Source: Laetmonice hystrix (taxonomy: Eukaryota). From it: DNA of 64,000 bases. Within the stretch, counting starts at the first letter, position 1; every line of letters starts with the position of its first letter. The translations under genes were made by a program, and so were the position numbers. The notes under the pieces were generated by a model. The model was not told where the DNA came from. It saw nothing but the letters and a program-made list of their open reading frames with translations, and did not search any database. Below are positions 25,101 to 37,252 of this stretch, in pieces. Where the stretch lies: contig OZ249441.1 in the NCBI GenBank assembly GCA_965235115.1, positions 24,986,001 through 25,050,000 of the forward strand. Reading direction: 5' to 3'.

Positions 25101-27459
25101 TGACAAAACAAACGTCAATAACCACCATGGTGTGGGTTAACCATAAGGCCAAACCTATTGAAAGTTCAGTGTACGAAAACTTTGGTACAGAAAACAAAGT
25201 TGGCACCAAGCTCCCCTTCCCTATGCATTAACATTTTTCCTGTTTGCGGAAATATGGTGTACTGATGGATTTTTGTCTTTTTTCTGTAGTTTTTGCAAAC
25301 GTCCCAGTACATGTATTAACATTGCACCAGGTGTCGTCGGCAGGGAGAAAATAAATAAAATTGGCTTTTTCAAAATTTCGGAAATCACACTCAGAGGGTA
25401 CCAATGGCAAGAGGCCAAAAAGGGCACGGCAATGTAGAGTCATGGTTATAGGCAAAACTTAAGGGAATCCTGGCAAAGGTGCAGGGCATCACTGCATTTG
25501 CTGTGAATGCCATGGTGAAATTCAACCCAGTTAAACCCGAATATGAACCAACCGATCTGAAATCTGTGGCTAGATTCTGCTCACTGCCTGACTGTAGCTT
25601 ACCATGCCAGACCATACCATGTGGCCATTATCTGAATGTCCGTTTGGCCTGTCTTGAAGGGTCATCGATGTACGGTGGAGCTGCTACTGATCATGGGAGC
25701 CAACATGAACGTACAGCAGGCTGGAGGCGAGACAGCACTCATAATGGTAGGTATCAGAAGGCTTCAGGTGGGGATTGGGAACACACTGGGTGTCACTACA
25801 GTAGGAACAACTCTTAATGTCCAGGGACCCTAAGGTACACTGTCAAATTAAATGAGACCAAAGTCCTTTGAATAAATACTTTAATCTATAACAATTCAAC
25901 ATAATGCCACCGTAAATCATTTGATGCTTGAGATTTTGAAGTATTTTATTAATCAGTTCTCTCCGCAATTGTTGCAGGCTGTCCGGTGTGGAAACAAACA
26001 AATTGTCCGTTTGTTGTTGGACCATGGTGCCAATTTCACCTCGCCCTCGTACACCACTGACATCACTCCCATCAAGGTTGCCAAACAACGCAACTACACT
26101 GAGATATTAGAGGCACTGAACGCACACATCTCATGGTATGACAGGATCCTTTCACATTATATATACCCGTGGATACAAAATATTCATGCTACCTGAAGCT
26201 AACTATAAAGCAAGACAGTCTGGTATTGTTGTAAGGATTTTTGAATGCTTGTTTTCAGCGTGACTGCCGACTTTGAAAACCAGGTATTGATCACATTAAA
26301 TAACACAGCCGAGATCCAGTGCGCCCTCTTTCCGATGCAATGTTTTGCTCTTGGAGAGTCCGACCACTTCACCATCACCTTTAATCACGAGCTCCAACCC
26401 ACGCGGCCAGGTAGGCAGGCCTCTCTAGTACCACATATTACCAGTAGGTGACTCACAGTGGTGGCAGCACCCACTGAGGGCAGCACTCTCAGATATTTGT
26501 GTTGCTTTCTCACATAGCGTCATTCCCTTTTTGCGTGGTTTATTCTCCTAGATTTATTTATTGTGGAAGAATATCAATGTATACACAATATATACATACA
26601 TACGTTTGTGAATGAGTTGAAAAGATAGCTTATTCCCACTGGGTAGACAGCAATATTTAATTCCTGATGTGTTTTCCATAGGTGTTGGTATGCTGCTGTT
26701 CATCGCTCATGCTCGCATTACATCGACTGAAGTTCGCTGCCGCTTCTATGGCCCATGTGCTGTCTTATCCTCCGTCCTTAACGGTTACCAACTTAGCCCA
26801 CTCACTGAGGTAACTGGCCATGCACAATGCTTGTCTGACTCATGGATTAAACAATAATGTAGACTTTTGCCCTTTCTGTATTCTATGTGCCAGCTGCAGC
26901 ATGATATATTTTTTAAGTTTTAAACTTATAATCAGTTTAGAATGAAAAAGATGTCAATGGCTGGAGGCAGTTATAATGTATGTCCCTGTTTTATGCTCTC
27001 TCTCTCTCAGGAGGCAAACTTCGTCATGTCCTTTAGCCCGCTCTACAATGGCAGGAATGAACTGGAAATAAAAACGGTGAAAGCCCCAACCTCCAGAGTA
27101 AGTACATGGCATGTCACCATTGGCGCTCCTTAAAGGTGGTTTCACCTTATGAAACGTTCATATTTTGGTGGCCAGTAGTAAACAATTTATCCTGTAAAGT
27201 AAGTCGTGTTTCTGTATCTTGCAGCGGTTCAGAGACACGACTTTATTAAAAGAGTTCAGGGTAGTACACCATTCTGAACATGTAAAATGTAATTAATATA
27301 AACGAAATTATAGGTAAATATTCCCGAAGCTTTCTTGCTAAACATGTTGCTACATATTTAATGGTATTCTAGGAAATGATGTTATTCTCCATTCTTCATT
27401 TTCAGGCAAAACTAGTTGTGTGTGCATACAAGGCCAAGTTAGCTCTCCCACCTGATTAA
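9984..27459 (+). CDS. MPHOSPH8: M-phase phosphoprotein 8-like (chromodomain + ankyrin repeats; HUSH subunit homologue), 13 coding exons
   Basis: Exons 9984-10133, 14073-14294, 15150-15810(?), 21526-23178, 24221-24282, 24654-24693, 24818-25047, 25660-25746, 25978-26135, 26259-26410, 26682-26809, 27011-27097, 27406-27459; total 3684 nt, in frame. The acidic [18 protein letters not shown]|[17 protein letters not shown] chromodomain, ankyrin repeats and C-terminal [33 protein letters not shown] match the MPP8 domain order I recall for the human protein. Confidence 0.88.
12783..13514. mobile_element. non-autonomous DNA transposon (PIF/Harbinger-like), 732 bp
   Basis: Perfect 36-bp inverted termini CAGGGGTGAGTTCCTGAACCCCTTGTCGTGCGTTAA (12783-12818 / 13479-13514); subterminal CTTGTCGTGCG repeats; no transposase ORF. 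Confidence 0.85.
14073..14294 (+). CDS. MPHOSPH8: MPP8 exon 2 (chromodomain core, poly-Glu)
   Basis: Acceptor tttcag|; [21 protein letters not shown]; donor AAG|gtcagt. Confidence 0.85.
15150..15810 (+). CDS. MPHOSPH8: MPP8 exon 3 (basic/Ser-rich disordered; 3' boundary uncertain)
   Basis: Acceptor tttcag| in frame with ORF 15156-15959. The phase-1 donor at 15811 (CAG|gtgaca) fits exon 4. Phase-0 donors at 15753 and 15936 would need an extra, unfound exon. Confidence 0.65.
16439..16976 (+). mobile_element. Kolobok-like non-autonomous DNA transposon (copy 1)
   Basis: TTAA on both sides (16435-16438, 16977-16980); termini AGGGGCAT...ATGCCCCT; homologous to 52722-53395. Confidence 0.8.
21526..23178 (+). 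CDS. MPHOSPH8: MPP8 exon 4 (1653 nt, Pro/Ser/Thr-rich disordered)
   Basis: Lies within ORF 21495-23372. Pyrimidine tract plus tacag| acceptor; donor G|gtaaga in phase 1, matching exon 5. Confidence 0.75.
23537..23670. mobile_element. PIF/Harbinger-like MITE (family copy 2, opposite orientation)
   Basis: Reverse complement aligns with 1889-2031; flanked by a CAG duplication. Confidence 0.75.
24221..24693 (+). CDS. MPHOSPH8: MPP8 small exons 5 (24221-24282) and 6 (24654-24693)
   Basis: [21 protein letters not shown]|[13 protein letters not shown]; canonical GT-AG; phases 1-0-1 are consistent. Confidence 0.75.
24818..26135 (+). CDS. MPHOSPH8: MPP8 ankyrin-repeat exons 7-9 (24818-25047, 25660-25746, 25978-26135)
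   Basis: [40 protein letters not shown]|[29 protein letters not shown]|[19 protein letters not shown]. Confidence 0.92.
26259..27459 (+). CDS. MPHOSPH8: MPP8 C-terminal domain exons 10-13 (26259-26410, 26682-26809, 27011-27097, 27406-27459)
   Basis: Phase-consistent GT-AG exons ending [17 protein letters not shown], with TAA at 27457-27459. Confidence 0.88.
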
Positions 27460-28301
27460 TGGTACCTCTGCTATGGGAAGTCAAAGACAGTTAAAGATCA
27501 TGTGTTGAACTGCTGCTGGCAGTGAAGATTGACACATTTAGGTCAGTGATTGACGGCATAAACAGCAACAGTACTATATACATTACAGATACATCAAAGG
27601 CAGCAAAAGGGGTAAGAAATTTATATATGTGTACAGGGGTATGTAAATGAAAAATATGGCTAAGAGATGTAGTAATACAGGTTCAACTAATATGGTATCC
27701 AAGAGTCTTTAGAATCGTTTGTACAAAACTTGGTAGTGTATATCCGAGAAGTCAAATAATATTAGACGTATTACCAAGAACGTTGAAGATGGTACACTGA
27801 GTTGTGGTCAAAGTTTGAAACCTGAAGCCAGTAATAGTACCGGGGCATTTAGGAAATGACTGTCAGAAGCTGTACAAATCACATGGGTAGGGAAAGACTA
27901 CGCCAGTATGTGCAATATTCTCACACACAATGGATAAGGCCATACATGAGATAAACGTGTCATAGATTATTCTTCATAAAGCTATATTAGAAATTGTATA
28001 TTTTCCCAGATTGAAATGTATGTAAAGAAGTATGTTGGATGAGAAACATTCAGTATTGTCGCTGATAAATGGAGGAGCCTTACAGCTTTCGGTTAGAATG
28101 GTTCGTCTGTGCCTGTTTAAAAAACGGAGACTTTTAGAAATAAAAACTTTGTATGAGTTGGAATTTCGTCAAAGACCTAAACCACCCTGATAGCTTTCTT
28201 AAAGAAAGAGAACGAACTGACAGAGAAAATTACTTCAAAATATGGATCAAAGGTGGTGGACATCTACAAATCAGGCAGATTAGGTACGGTCATAACGAAC
28301 C

Positions 28302-28618
28302 ATTCTACCTTGTGGCCCTCGCGAGACACGAGAGCATGTGAGATACGGTTCGGCGCGTTCGGGTCAACTGAGTGTTTGGTTTCATGAGGGTCAGATGTGG
28401 GAGACCACTGTTCTGTACATTCAAACGGGTGGCTGGCATAGCACTCATCTCTCAAACACATGCTACCTATCTAGATTGTGGTAGACGTCGTGTGCAGCAG
28501 TATAGGCATCCTGTTGCGAGAAAATGTCCTGGTTAGGAAACTGGACATGGGTCAACACGAACGCGCCGAACCGTATCTCACATGCTCTCCCCATCTCGCG
28601 AAGGACCAACAGTAGAAT
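28302..28618. repeat. fold-back inverted repeat / MITE-like element downstream of MPP8
   Basis: Arms of about 60 bp; the inner 32 bp are perfectly complementary (28330-28361 vs 28558-28589), the outer part is imperfect. Confidence 0.8.
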
Positions 28619-31600
28619 TAACATCAAACTTCACTTGGTAAGTTCGTTTAAATTAAAATTATATGGCCTTTAATGATTAATCAGTTTTGTTACTCAGTGG
28701 AAAAGGCAATAAGGAGGTAACCGGCCGAGTGACCCAGTAGACAACCTGGAGTATTACCCACAGGAGATGGCTGACTCAAGCCGGTAGAACTGCAAAGTGC
28801 GTGATGAGCTTAGGTTAATTAAATGGTTATTGCAAAGTATCGTTTTGGGCCTACTTAAGTTCCTTTGCCTGTTAACTATTCACCTAGTGTAACTTTGTTA
28901 CAGCTGAATCTGTTGTGATGACATGATACTTGGCCGAGAATTTGTTGTAGCTGTGTACCTGTGCAGTCCATCAGATTTCATTAGAAGTGAAGTTTGACTG
29001 TAGTGAGTTGTGCTCGGGTCAGGAGGTGTAACAGTCTTACGAGTTATACTTGTTAGAGCTTATTACTAGATTCTATGGATGTTGCCTTGCATACAGATTG
29101 CGAAGTTTCTTACATTTTCTTTAGATATGATGATTGTCTCTGCACTTGTCATATATTTTGTTTTGAAAGACACAAGAATTGCAATTTAAAATTAGTGTAG
29201 GCAAGTATGAAGTGGCGTTACATGTGATACATGTTGATCGTTGAAATTGTTTAGGGTGTGCCCTAAATGGCAGTTGATGTAGATGTAGTGAAGGGGAGGG
29301 GCGAAATTACATGCACATGTGAGACGGAAACAAAACCTGGTACGTTGTGAAGCAACGTGCGTGAATAATTGCTGGTGTTTGTGAAAAGTTGAATATGGAT
29401 GAAATCCTACATCAGTTTTGTAACATGTTTCAACAGATGCCTGAGTTCTTCAGGTTTTCATGTGAAAAAAGAAATACCTGTCCATGTCAAAGGTTGTGTT
29501 CAGAAGGGATGAAACCTGCTCTATATTGATGGGGATCGTACTAAAAAAAACAACAACAACAAAACCATCAATTCATCACCTGACCAGACGCACTGGGGGG
29601 GGGGGGGGTCGGATTTAAATATTATTTAAACAGGGGGCACTGTGTTTGTATTGCACAAGTTGATTCTACTGGAAACTGCCTGGGTAAACCTGCATTTGGA
29701 TTTTGAACTTCATATATGATTGATGCTGCTATCAGGCTTACATCAGGCTTGTATGCGGCATTATGTCAGAGACATAGTTGCCAAATAGCACGCCCTGTCT
29801 GAAGAAGGAATCACCACCACGTCAACCAGAAACGAGGCAGTGGCTGAGGCATACAAAGATGAAGTTATTTGACAAAGAATCCAGCATAGTGTTGGTCAGT
29901 GATCTGGTGGTAAAAACTTTGTGTAAGCTACCTGCTGACTCCAACACTGGACTTGGTTGTCAGCTGGTTGTTGGACGTGTTGACTGAATTCTTGGTCATG
30001 CGACGTCACGTGCCATGGTGGCTAGTTATGTACTAATGTGTTGACTGAGTTCCTGATTACTGCTTATAACAGTTCGGTCCATGTTTTGTATACCTTTGGT
30101 AATGTCTCTAAGATATGCCAGTCTGTACACTCTCTGGTAATAATATACTTGACATGATTGTTAAAGTCAGGAGATCTCATGGGCAGCTGAAGTAAACATA
30201 TCTGCAAACTGACACCAAAAGTCTCACAGAAGTTACTGTTAATCCCGTTTTGAAGCTAGAAGAAAACTACTTGTAAACTGACAGGAAAACCAAACCCATA
30301 CTTACACCGTCGATCTCTCTACAGCAGGAATACAATTATAGGTGTGGTCCTATAGTAGCATGGTCTTATGGATACAAGGTGTTTGGTGAACCTTTAGATG
30401 TGCCGATGGTAACCTTGGATATATATGTAGATTATGGTATCTTTGACGTCATTGGTTAATAATTTATGGTGTGACTATGAGAATGAAAGTGGCTACAAAT
30501 TAGTAGAGACGTTTAGCATGTTTTGAATTATGGTGGTTTTTGAGGGGGGGTGCTAGTTAGGCAGGACTATGGGCTGTATATCCTGGCATTTACAGGGTCA
30601 TGAGATGACCCACCATTTCGCTGAAGTTTGGTTAGGGCTGCTGGGGGCAAACTTTATTGTTTGAATTGATCACTGCTGTCTGATAAAGTTGCATATAGTC
30701 GCACATAAATTTGCAAGAAACCATTGACGTATTGTGACATGAAGATAATCAAGATGTTAGAAATTTAAAAAGGTGAATCCTAGGTTGATGGAGTGAGTGT
30801 GGGTGGAAAATGTTGCCGATCTGAAGGTATGATCCGTGTTGCCATGTAACCTACTGTGCTTTCTTGTCTTGTGACAACCTGCAATGTAACGACAGCCCAG
30901 GCTTTTGGTGGCAGTAATGCCCTGCTTTGGCTGTTTAAGTGTTAGTCTGGTCCAGCTGATTACGATAGGAGTGCGTTCCGGCTGTATTTGAGCTAATTAT
31001 CTCATAATTCGTTCTGATATCGTTGACAATATAGTATTTTGCAGACACGGCAGTCTCTCTTGTTATTGTAGTGATATCTGAAGATACTGTGACGTATGTT
31101 ATACAGACCTGCATGAAGCTGCATCAAGAAAGGTACTTCTTAACTTCTGCTTCGGGCTTCTGATTGTCTGGTGGAGATGAAACCAAAAAGATCAAAAGCC
31201 CCCGGAAGAACTTAGTTAAGATCCTGACCTGTCTGAAACGGTTCTATTGAGGTCATTCATATCGAGACAGTATTGGAGACTGTTTCCTCATAGTGTGCAG
31301 ACCTACGCATAAACCACGTGTATTTCCACACGTGTCCGTCTCTCTGCCTGCTGCTGTGTGGTAATATCGTAGCGTTTCCTTTGTTAAAAATGTTCGTTAA
31401 TACATAGGTATCCGAGTTATGAATACCGTTAAAATACTCTGTTAATTTGGTGACCGATTGTGACAATCGCAGGCTGGCCTTGGTTTTAAACAAAACAGGG
31501 CATCGAAGATTGTTTGATGCATGTGATCACAGAATTTAGGACTTATCTTTTGTTTTGTATCCTGTGTGCAAAGGGTCGAAGTTAATTGCTTTATGTGATA

Positions 31601-33641
31601 CAGAACAGCCTGCCTTGCGTATTCGTAGTCGACCCTAGAGGATACACTCCAAGTGACTTTATAATATCATGCTGCCCACCTAAACTATATACTAACCACC
31701 TAGGTTTGTAATACGGGCGATGATGTGCAGGTCATCCATCCTTGTACGCACCGTGTGAATCCAGATTTCATTTGTCATTGTCATTTGACAAAATGATTTG
31801 TCATTTGAAGTTACAGCGTATCAGTCTGCATCACAATGACAGACCTGGTTGAGGTAGCTGGCATAGCGCTGGACTCTACTACAGATTTAGAAGATTACTT
31901 TATTTTCATACATGATTTGGATGAATTGTGTAGAGCTTTGATCAGTTGTGGTGAAGCTTTGTTTTCCTAGAGTGTATTTTCGATACTATGATGTCTGTGT
32001 GAGTATGGTCGTACTGGGATGATGTTGTGTCCCTAGCTGTGTGTGAGCAGTGAACCGCCTACTCCAGCATTACATACTGTCCCGTGCCTTCCGCTTGTGC
32101 TGCTGTGACTGTCCCCGTGGTTAATTCTCCCGCCAGTCGTGAGACTGCTGCCTCCCACCTCCTCCTCACCTCCTACAACCTCACACTTACTTGGTAGACC
32201 CCCACACACGGGGACAGTCCCTTCTCCGCTAATATACAAGTAGGATGTGAAAGAAAGGAAACCATGTTATTGTGTCAAAAATTCAGTAGATTGTGTCATG
32301 AACTTTATCTTTCCCAGGCATCAATATTAAATATTAAATTAATGAATGATAGTCGTTCGGCCAGAAACTACGAAAGTTCCTAAATGGTGGGTCATTGTTC
32401 TGGAACATGAGGCTCATTTATATTTTTTCAGTAGACGGGACTTAACTGCATGGTTTAAATGTCCTCAGTTTGTGGTGGGTGACCTGAGGGGTCCATACTG
32501 GGGGGGGGGGGGGGGTCTTAAAAAGAAAAAAATCATTAATTTATGTATTATTTGCATGGGGGCACAATATCAAACTTCTCTAAACCCAGATTGATGCTGA
32601 AGTGTAAAATTATGGAGAGTGGGAGTTGACATAAGAAAATGGCCAAAATAAAAGGAGGACACTTGCTTAAACGTATCAAAGTCAAAAGTTATCACGTGAC
32701 AGTGGTCATGTGATCAGTATCATGTGATATAGTCTAAACAAATGAAAGGTCAGGTCGACCAACAAAGTGTGAAATAAGGAAAAATTAAGCAGCATTTGGC
32801 AAAATGAAAATGTTAATTTGATACCACAGAAGTCTCACCCAGCAGGCTGAGTGCCTGTGGCGATTGATGTTTCTAGTTATGTAGTAAACCTATCATATGT
32901 GTTAAATGTTCATGTTCCACATGTTTCTAAACGAATTATGCTTGTTGGGGACTCGAGTTTACGATAAGTTTGTCAGTATATATCATGTCGTTACACTCGG
33001 TTAGATTGGTAGAAATAGACATTGCATTGAAACCAAGCTGCGGCCTCGAGTGTCTCCTACCAGCAAGTCACATGTGAGGCCCTTGTTGAGGAGTCACAGA
33101 GGTTCCGGTTTTTTTTACAGGTGCTAATATGTTTCATGTCTGAATAAACATCTGTTTTCACAAAATAGAAGAGAGTGTCATTATTGTAAACTAGAAACTC
33201 TGATTGCCAAGCAATACATACAGGCAGGATCCCATTTCCCCAGTGGTTCTCTATCATTACCTACATTTTCCCTCATTTATTTAATTACACTGTCCTTTGA
33301 TTCAGCCAACTGTTACACAGGTACCTGACACTGTTGTGCCGACATTACATTTTCATTCACATGGAAGTTACCAGGTATCCCTTTGACATTATGAAATATT
33401 ATAGTCCTTATGGATTAGATAGATACCCGTTACGGGCATCATAGACAAGTGTGAACTTCCCCTTCTCGCCCTCAATAATGTAACTACTCACAGGACGAGA
33501 CCAATCCCTGCCCACGATTTCTTGGACGGAGCTTATTAGATTATTTTTAAAAAATCATAAGTAAAAAACAATGAAATAAAGAATAAAAAACGATAAAAGA
33601 ACACAGTTTTTTTTTTGCTAAAAGTGCTTCAGTCAGACAGA

Positions 33642-33878
33642 AATGGTATGTTAATTACATACGCTTCTACTTACCTCAGAACATATGAGAGACTTACAGT
33701 TTCTCGATTCCCAATGGTCAAAATAAATTTAAAAGTGTTCTAAGTGAAATAAGAACGCGCTCACCAGAACTCCTGTCTATACATAATACCCGGTGAAAGC
33801 TCCCTCTAGCGGAGATCCGCTTGGAGCACGCGCCCCCTACCGTCCATGTGACCTAGTAGTCAGATTTGATTTGACCAC
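33642..33878 (+). repeat. DIRS-A left ITR
   Basis: Reverse complement of 47948-48156 with few mismatches. Confidence 0.9.
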
Positions 33879-34772
33879 CGTTGCTTCTGGACGTTCAATC
33901 GTGAGTACCGTGGTCTGTCCTTATAGTTCAGTATTCCCTTTGGTCATTCCTGTCTATTTTATTTTGTTTCTACAGTTTAGATAGACACCCTATATTTTTG
34001 TATAGGTAGTATTACTCTTTATTTTGTTAATTGGTCTTTCGTTTCGTTGTAGAAATGGAGACTTCGATTTGCCACCATGGCGTCCCCTCATGGGACGCCC
34101 ATACTGAGTATTTTAGGTGTCGCATTTGTTCGTTTTGTTCCCCTTGTTCTGTGTGTACCCCCTGGGATAAGGGGACTTGGGCCAAGCTGTATAAACAGAC
34201 CTAGATCTACGCCCTTGTCTGCTCCTGATATAGCTAGGCTATATTGGCAGAGAAAGACCTCCCTAGGTCGGCTGAGAGTCCGGCCTTGGAGGACCAGTCC
34301 AGCCGGTCAGTAGTGGGCGAATATCGGCCGACTCAAAATTCCTCTCCTCAACCTAGCGTGACATTCTCACACTCGAGTCCTTTCGGCAATCTTCGGCAAT
34401 CTTCGTTCGTGCGGGGAAAGCACTCTCACAGATTACATATCACTCACGGCCCGATTAGGAGCATCCGCGCCACTTCACTCGTCACACTCGTCAATTACTA
34501 CACCGTGGATACAAAGTAGTGCGTGCCGGTCGGCAAGATCGCTGATGTTGTTGAACACAGGTCTTGAATTAAACTTACGCTGGTTGACTGTCTTGCGCTT
34601 AACCGCCGCAGGTTTGACTGGTGTCATGCGGGAAGCCATGTCTTCCATGTACTGCGGTGAAACTAGTTCGCCCCGGTGTCCTCGTTACCCCCTGCGGTTT
34701 GCCCAGAGTCCCTCGCAGGATCTATGAGCGTTCATTTCAGCAAATGGGCGCGAATGTGAGCGTGCCTATAGC

Positions 34773-36569
34773 GTGACTGCCGTCGACTCTGAGGACATGA
34801 CGTCACAGCCAGTGTCCCAAAATCAGTTCAACCAGCTGGTAAGTCTGGTGCAGGAACTGGCCGGGTTGCGTAAGGGCACGGATGAACGACCTACACACCG
34901 GGGTGTTCAGGCCGGTGTTTCCGTTCAAAGCTCTCGGGCTAATGACGTACAGCGTAGGTACTGATCACTGAGTCGAAATAATAATGTCTAGGGATCGGTG
35001 CCTCGGGCTATTAACGCGAGGAAGGAATATAAGCCTGTTGAGACGATTACTCCTAGACGCTCGGTGTCTTGAAATCGATTTCTTGACGCGAGGGGAGACT
35101 CGCGTTCGCCTCGAGCCAAAGAGCCGAGTGACCGTTCTCCCCCTCATCTGAGACCGGCGGTCTCCTCGAGGAGCCCACGCGAGCCACGTGCATCGGCCTT
35201 GCGTAGACGATCGGGGGATTCATCTCGAGATCGGTCATGGTCCCGGGATCGGTCCCGATCTCATATCGAAGTCGAGATCAGCTCAGTCCCGGGTTCGTTC
35301 ACGTTAACCTGATTCTAGTGAACGGCCTTTTCACGCGAGGCGTCATTCTCGGGACCGGTCCCCTAGTGAGGAGGACCGTCGTTCAAGATGCTGGAGTGTA
35401 GGTAGGACTCGATCTGGTACTAGATCTAGGGACCAAGATAGAAGGGGCTCGAGGGGCCCAGGCGACCGCTCGGTGACCCCACGCGATTGCTCGAGGAGCC
35501 CTCTCTACCGCACGAGGAGCCCACGCTTCCATTCCAGGAGCCCACTCTCCATCAGACAGCAGGATCGCGCTCCCTGTTCAGATGAGGGGAGTCGGTTGGC
35601 GGCATCTTTTTTAGGCTTGGAGGAGGATGTTCGCCCCTCCTTTGCTGATCTCTGCACAAGAGCGTCCGATTTGTTGGGGGCTCGTTTGTGCCCCCTGAAG
35701 GAGGCACCTCAGGCCTTACCGGTTTCTACATGTGGGGCACTTGATTTCGATTGGTCAGCCCCGGCCCAACTTCAATCCTCATTTTCTTGCGGTCCTTTGA
35801 ATGTGGCTGTCTGGGATGGGTTGACAGCCAATCTCAAGGCAGCCAAAGATAAGCCCCTAGTTTCGGGCCGGATGTTCCTCTTGTCACGGAGCCCTCCCGG
35901 TCGATTCCTATTTTCGGTCGGGCCTTAAGGGAGATCAGCCCTTGATCCGTTTTTTACGGCGTGCCGATTATTCTCTGCATTCGGGTCCTCCGGAGGCAGG
36001 TCTAGTGTTGGATTCAGGGGCCGAATCCTTTGGACTGAAGGAGCCTCACTCTTATTCAGTTCCAAGGACCTTTTTCTTGGCTCAAGCTGATCGTGTTTGC
36101 TTAGCTACGGCGGCGACAATCTCAGCCGAATTTTTGCTGGCCGGGGCATATGAGGCGATTTGTAATGGTGATAAAATGGAGGCGGAGGATTTTATCTCCT
36201 CTACGGCCCTGGCGTTACGTCATTCTATAGAGTTAGGGATTCGCTCCCAGGTTAACACTATTTTGTTGCGTCGTGAATTATCATTGAAGTCTTCATTGTT
36301 TTCACGAAGCACTCGCGACTTATTATGCCAGACGCCCTTGTCGTCAGACTTACTGTTTGCCGGTCAGTTAGAAGACGCCGTCAAACATGATAAGTCAGAG
36401 TTAAAGCTAGGCCTAACATTATCATTGCGTGCTAGTAGGCCTGATCCCTGGCTTCAACCTTCTTCCAGTGTTAGGCCTACAACCTTTTCAGGTGCGAGAT
36501 CGCGTAGGCAATTTGTCCCCCCCCCCCTTCTGCCCGGCAGAGGGCCCACCTTCCAGGTTCTGCGTCTAG
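34773..36569 (+). pseudogene. DIRS-A gag-like ORF1 remnants
   Basis: Fragments 34773-34964, 35473-35928 and 35942-36569; Arg/Ser-rich middle and a helical C-terminal part (SQVNTILLRRELSL...PLSSDLLFAGQL) like DIRS1 gag. Confidence 0.65.
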
Positions 36570-36617
36570 TGTTATAGGGTTGGGGGCAGCTCCTTAGGAA
36601 TAACACGTCCACGCCAT
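36570..36617 (-). repeat. 3' LTR remnant (terminal 48 bp only)
   Basis: Identical to 44441-44488. Confidence 0.9.
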
Positions 36618-37252
36618 ACCAGTTGTCCTTTCTCATAAATAGGACTTCTGGTTAGTTTCTGTGAAACCTTCTCATTCTGCTTGGATTGTTGCTGTTCTTG
36701 TAGCTGCAACATAAACTTAGACACACTGTCAAATTTTTCCTTTAACTGTTGAACATACTGCTCCTGTGAACTCGTTAGACCTGTTAATGGCCTGAAGTTA
36801 AGTCCACTGATGTCTCGTGGTTCCCTGTAGAATACCAAGTAGAAAGGCGAATGATTGCCCAATTGTGGTGACGAAAACGTGTTGAACGAATACTGCGCTA
36901 CACTGTAGTATCTTATCCAATCATCGCCGTACTGATCCAAATTGACTTTTATGAGATCAGCTATCGATCGAATTTGTCTCTCAACGTGTAAAGAACCATG
37001 ATTCATTACAGATATGACTTTCTGGCTGATGTTCAATGCTTGACATAGAATCTCCATAACTTTTCCTATCAACGATGACTGGGCATCCGTTACTAGCATT
37101 TCGGGAATCCCGAAGTTGGTGAAGATTCGCTGGATTAGTGCTTCACAAATCGCTGGTGCGTCCAGAGTCTTCAAAGGAACACAAACTGTGTATCTAGTGA
37201 TGGCACATGTCGTGACCATCAACCATGAGTAACCCGCCTTTGAGGTTATCAT
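36616..37252 (-). repeat. 637-bp duplicate of the integrase core
   Basis: Appears identical to 37946-38582 (offset 1330); the ORF track shows the same peptide MITSKAG...EKGQLV twice. Confidence 0.93.

Noticed and set aside
31257-31493. ORF with QRDGHVWK resembling a DNA-binding or transposase motif
   Set aside because: A single short motif with no supporting context.
27459-33642. functional link between MPP8 (a TE silencer) and the adjacent TE nest
   Set aside because: Proximity alone is expected in a repeat-rich genome; nothing in the sequence supports coupling.
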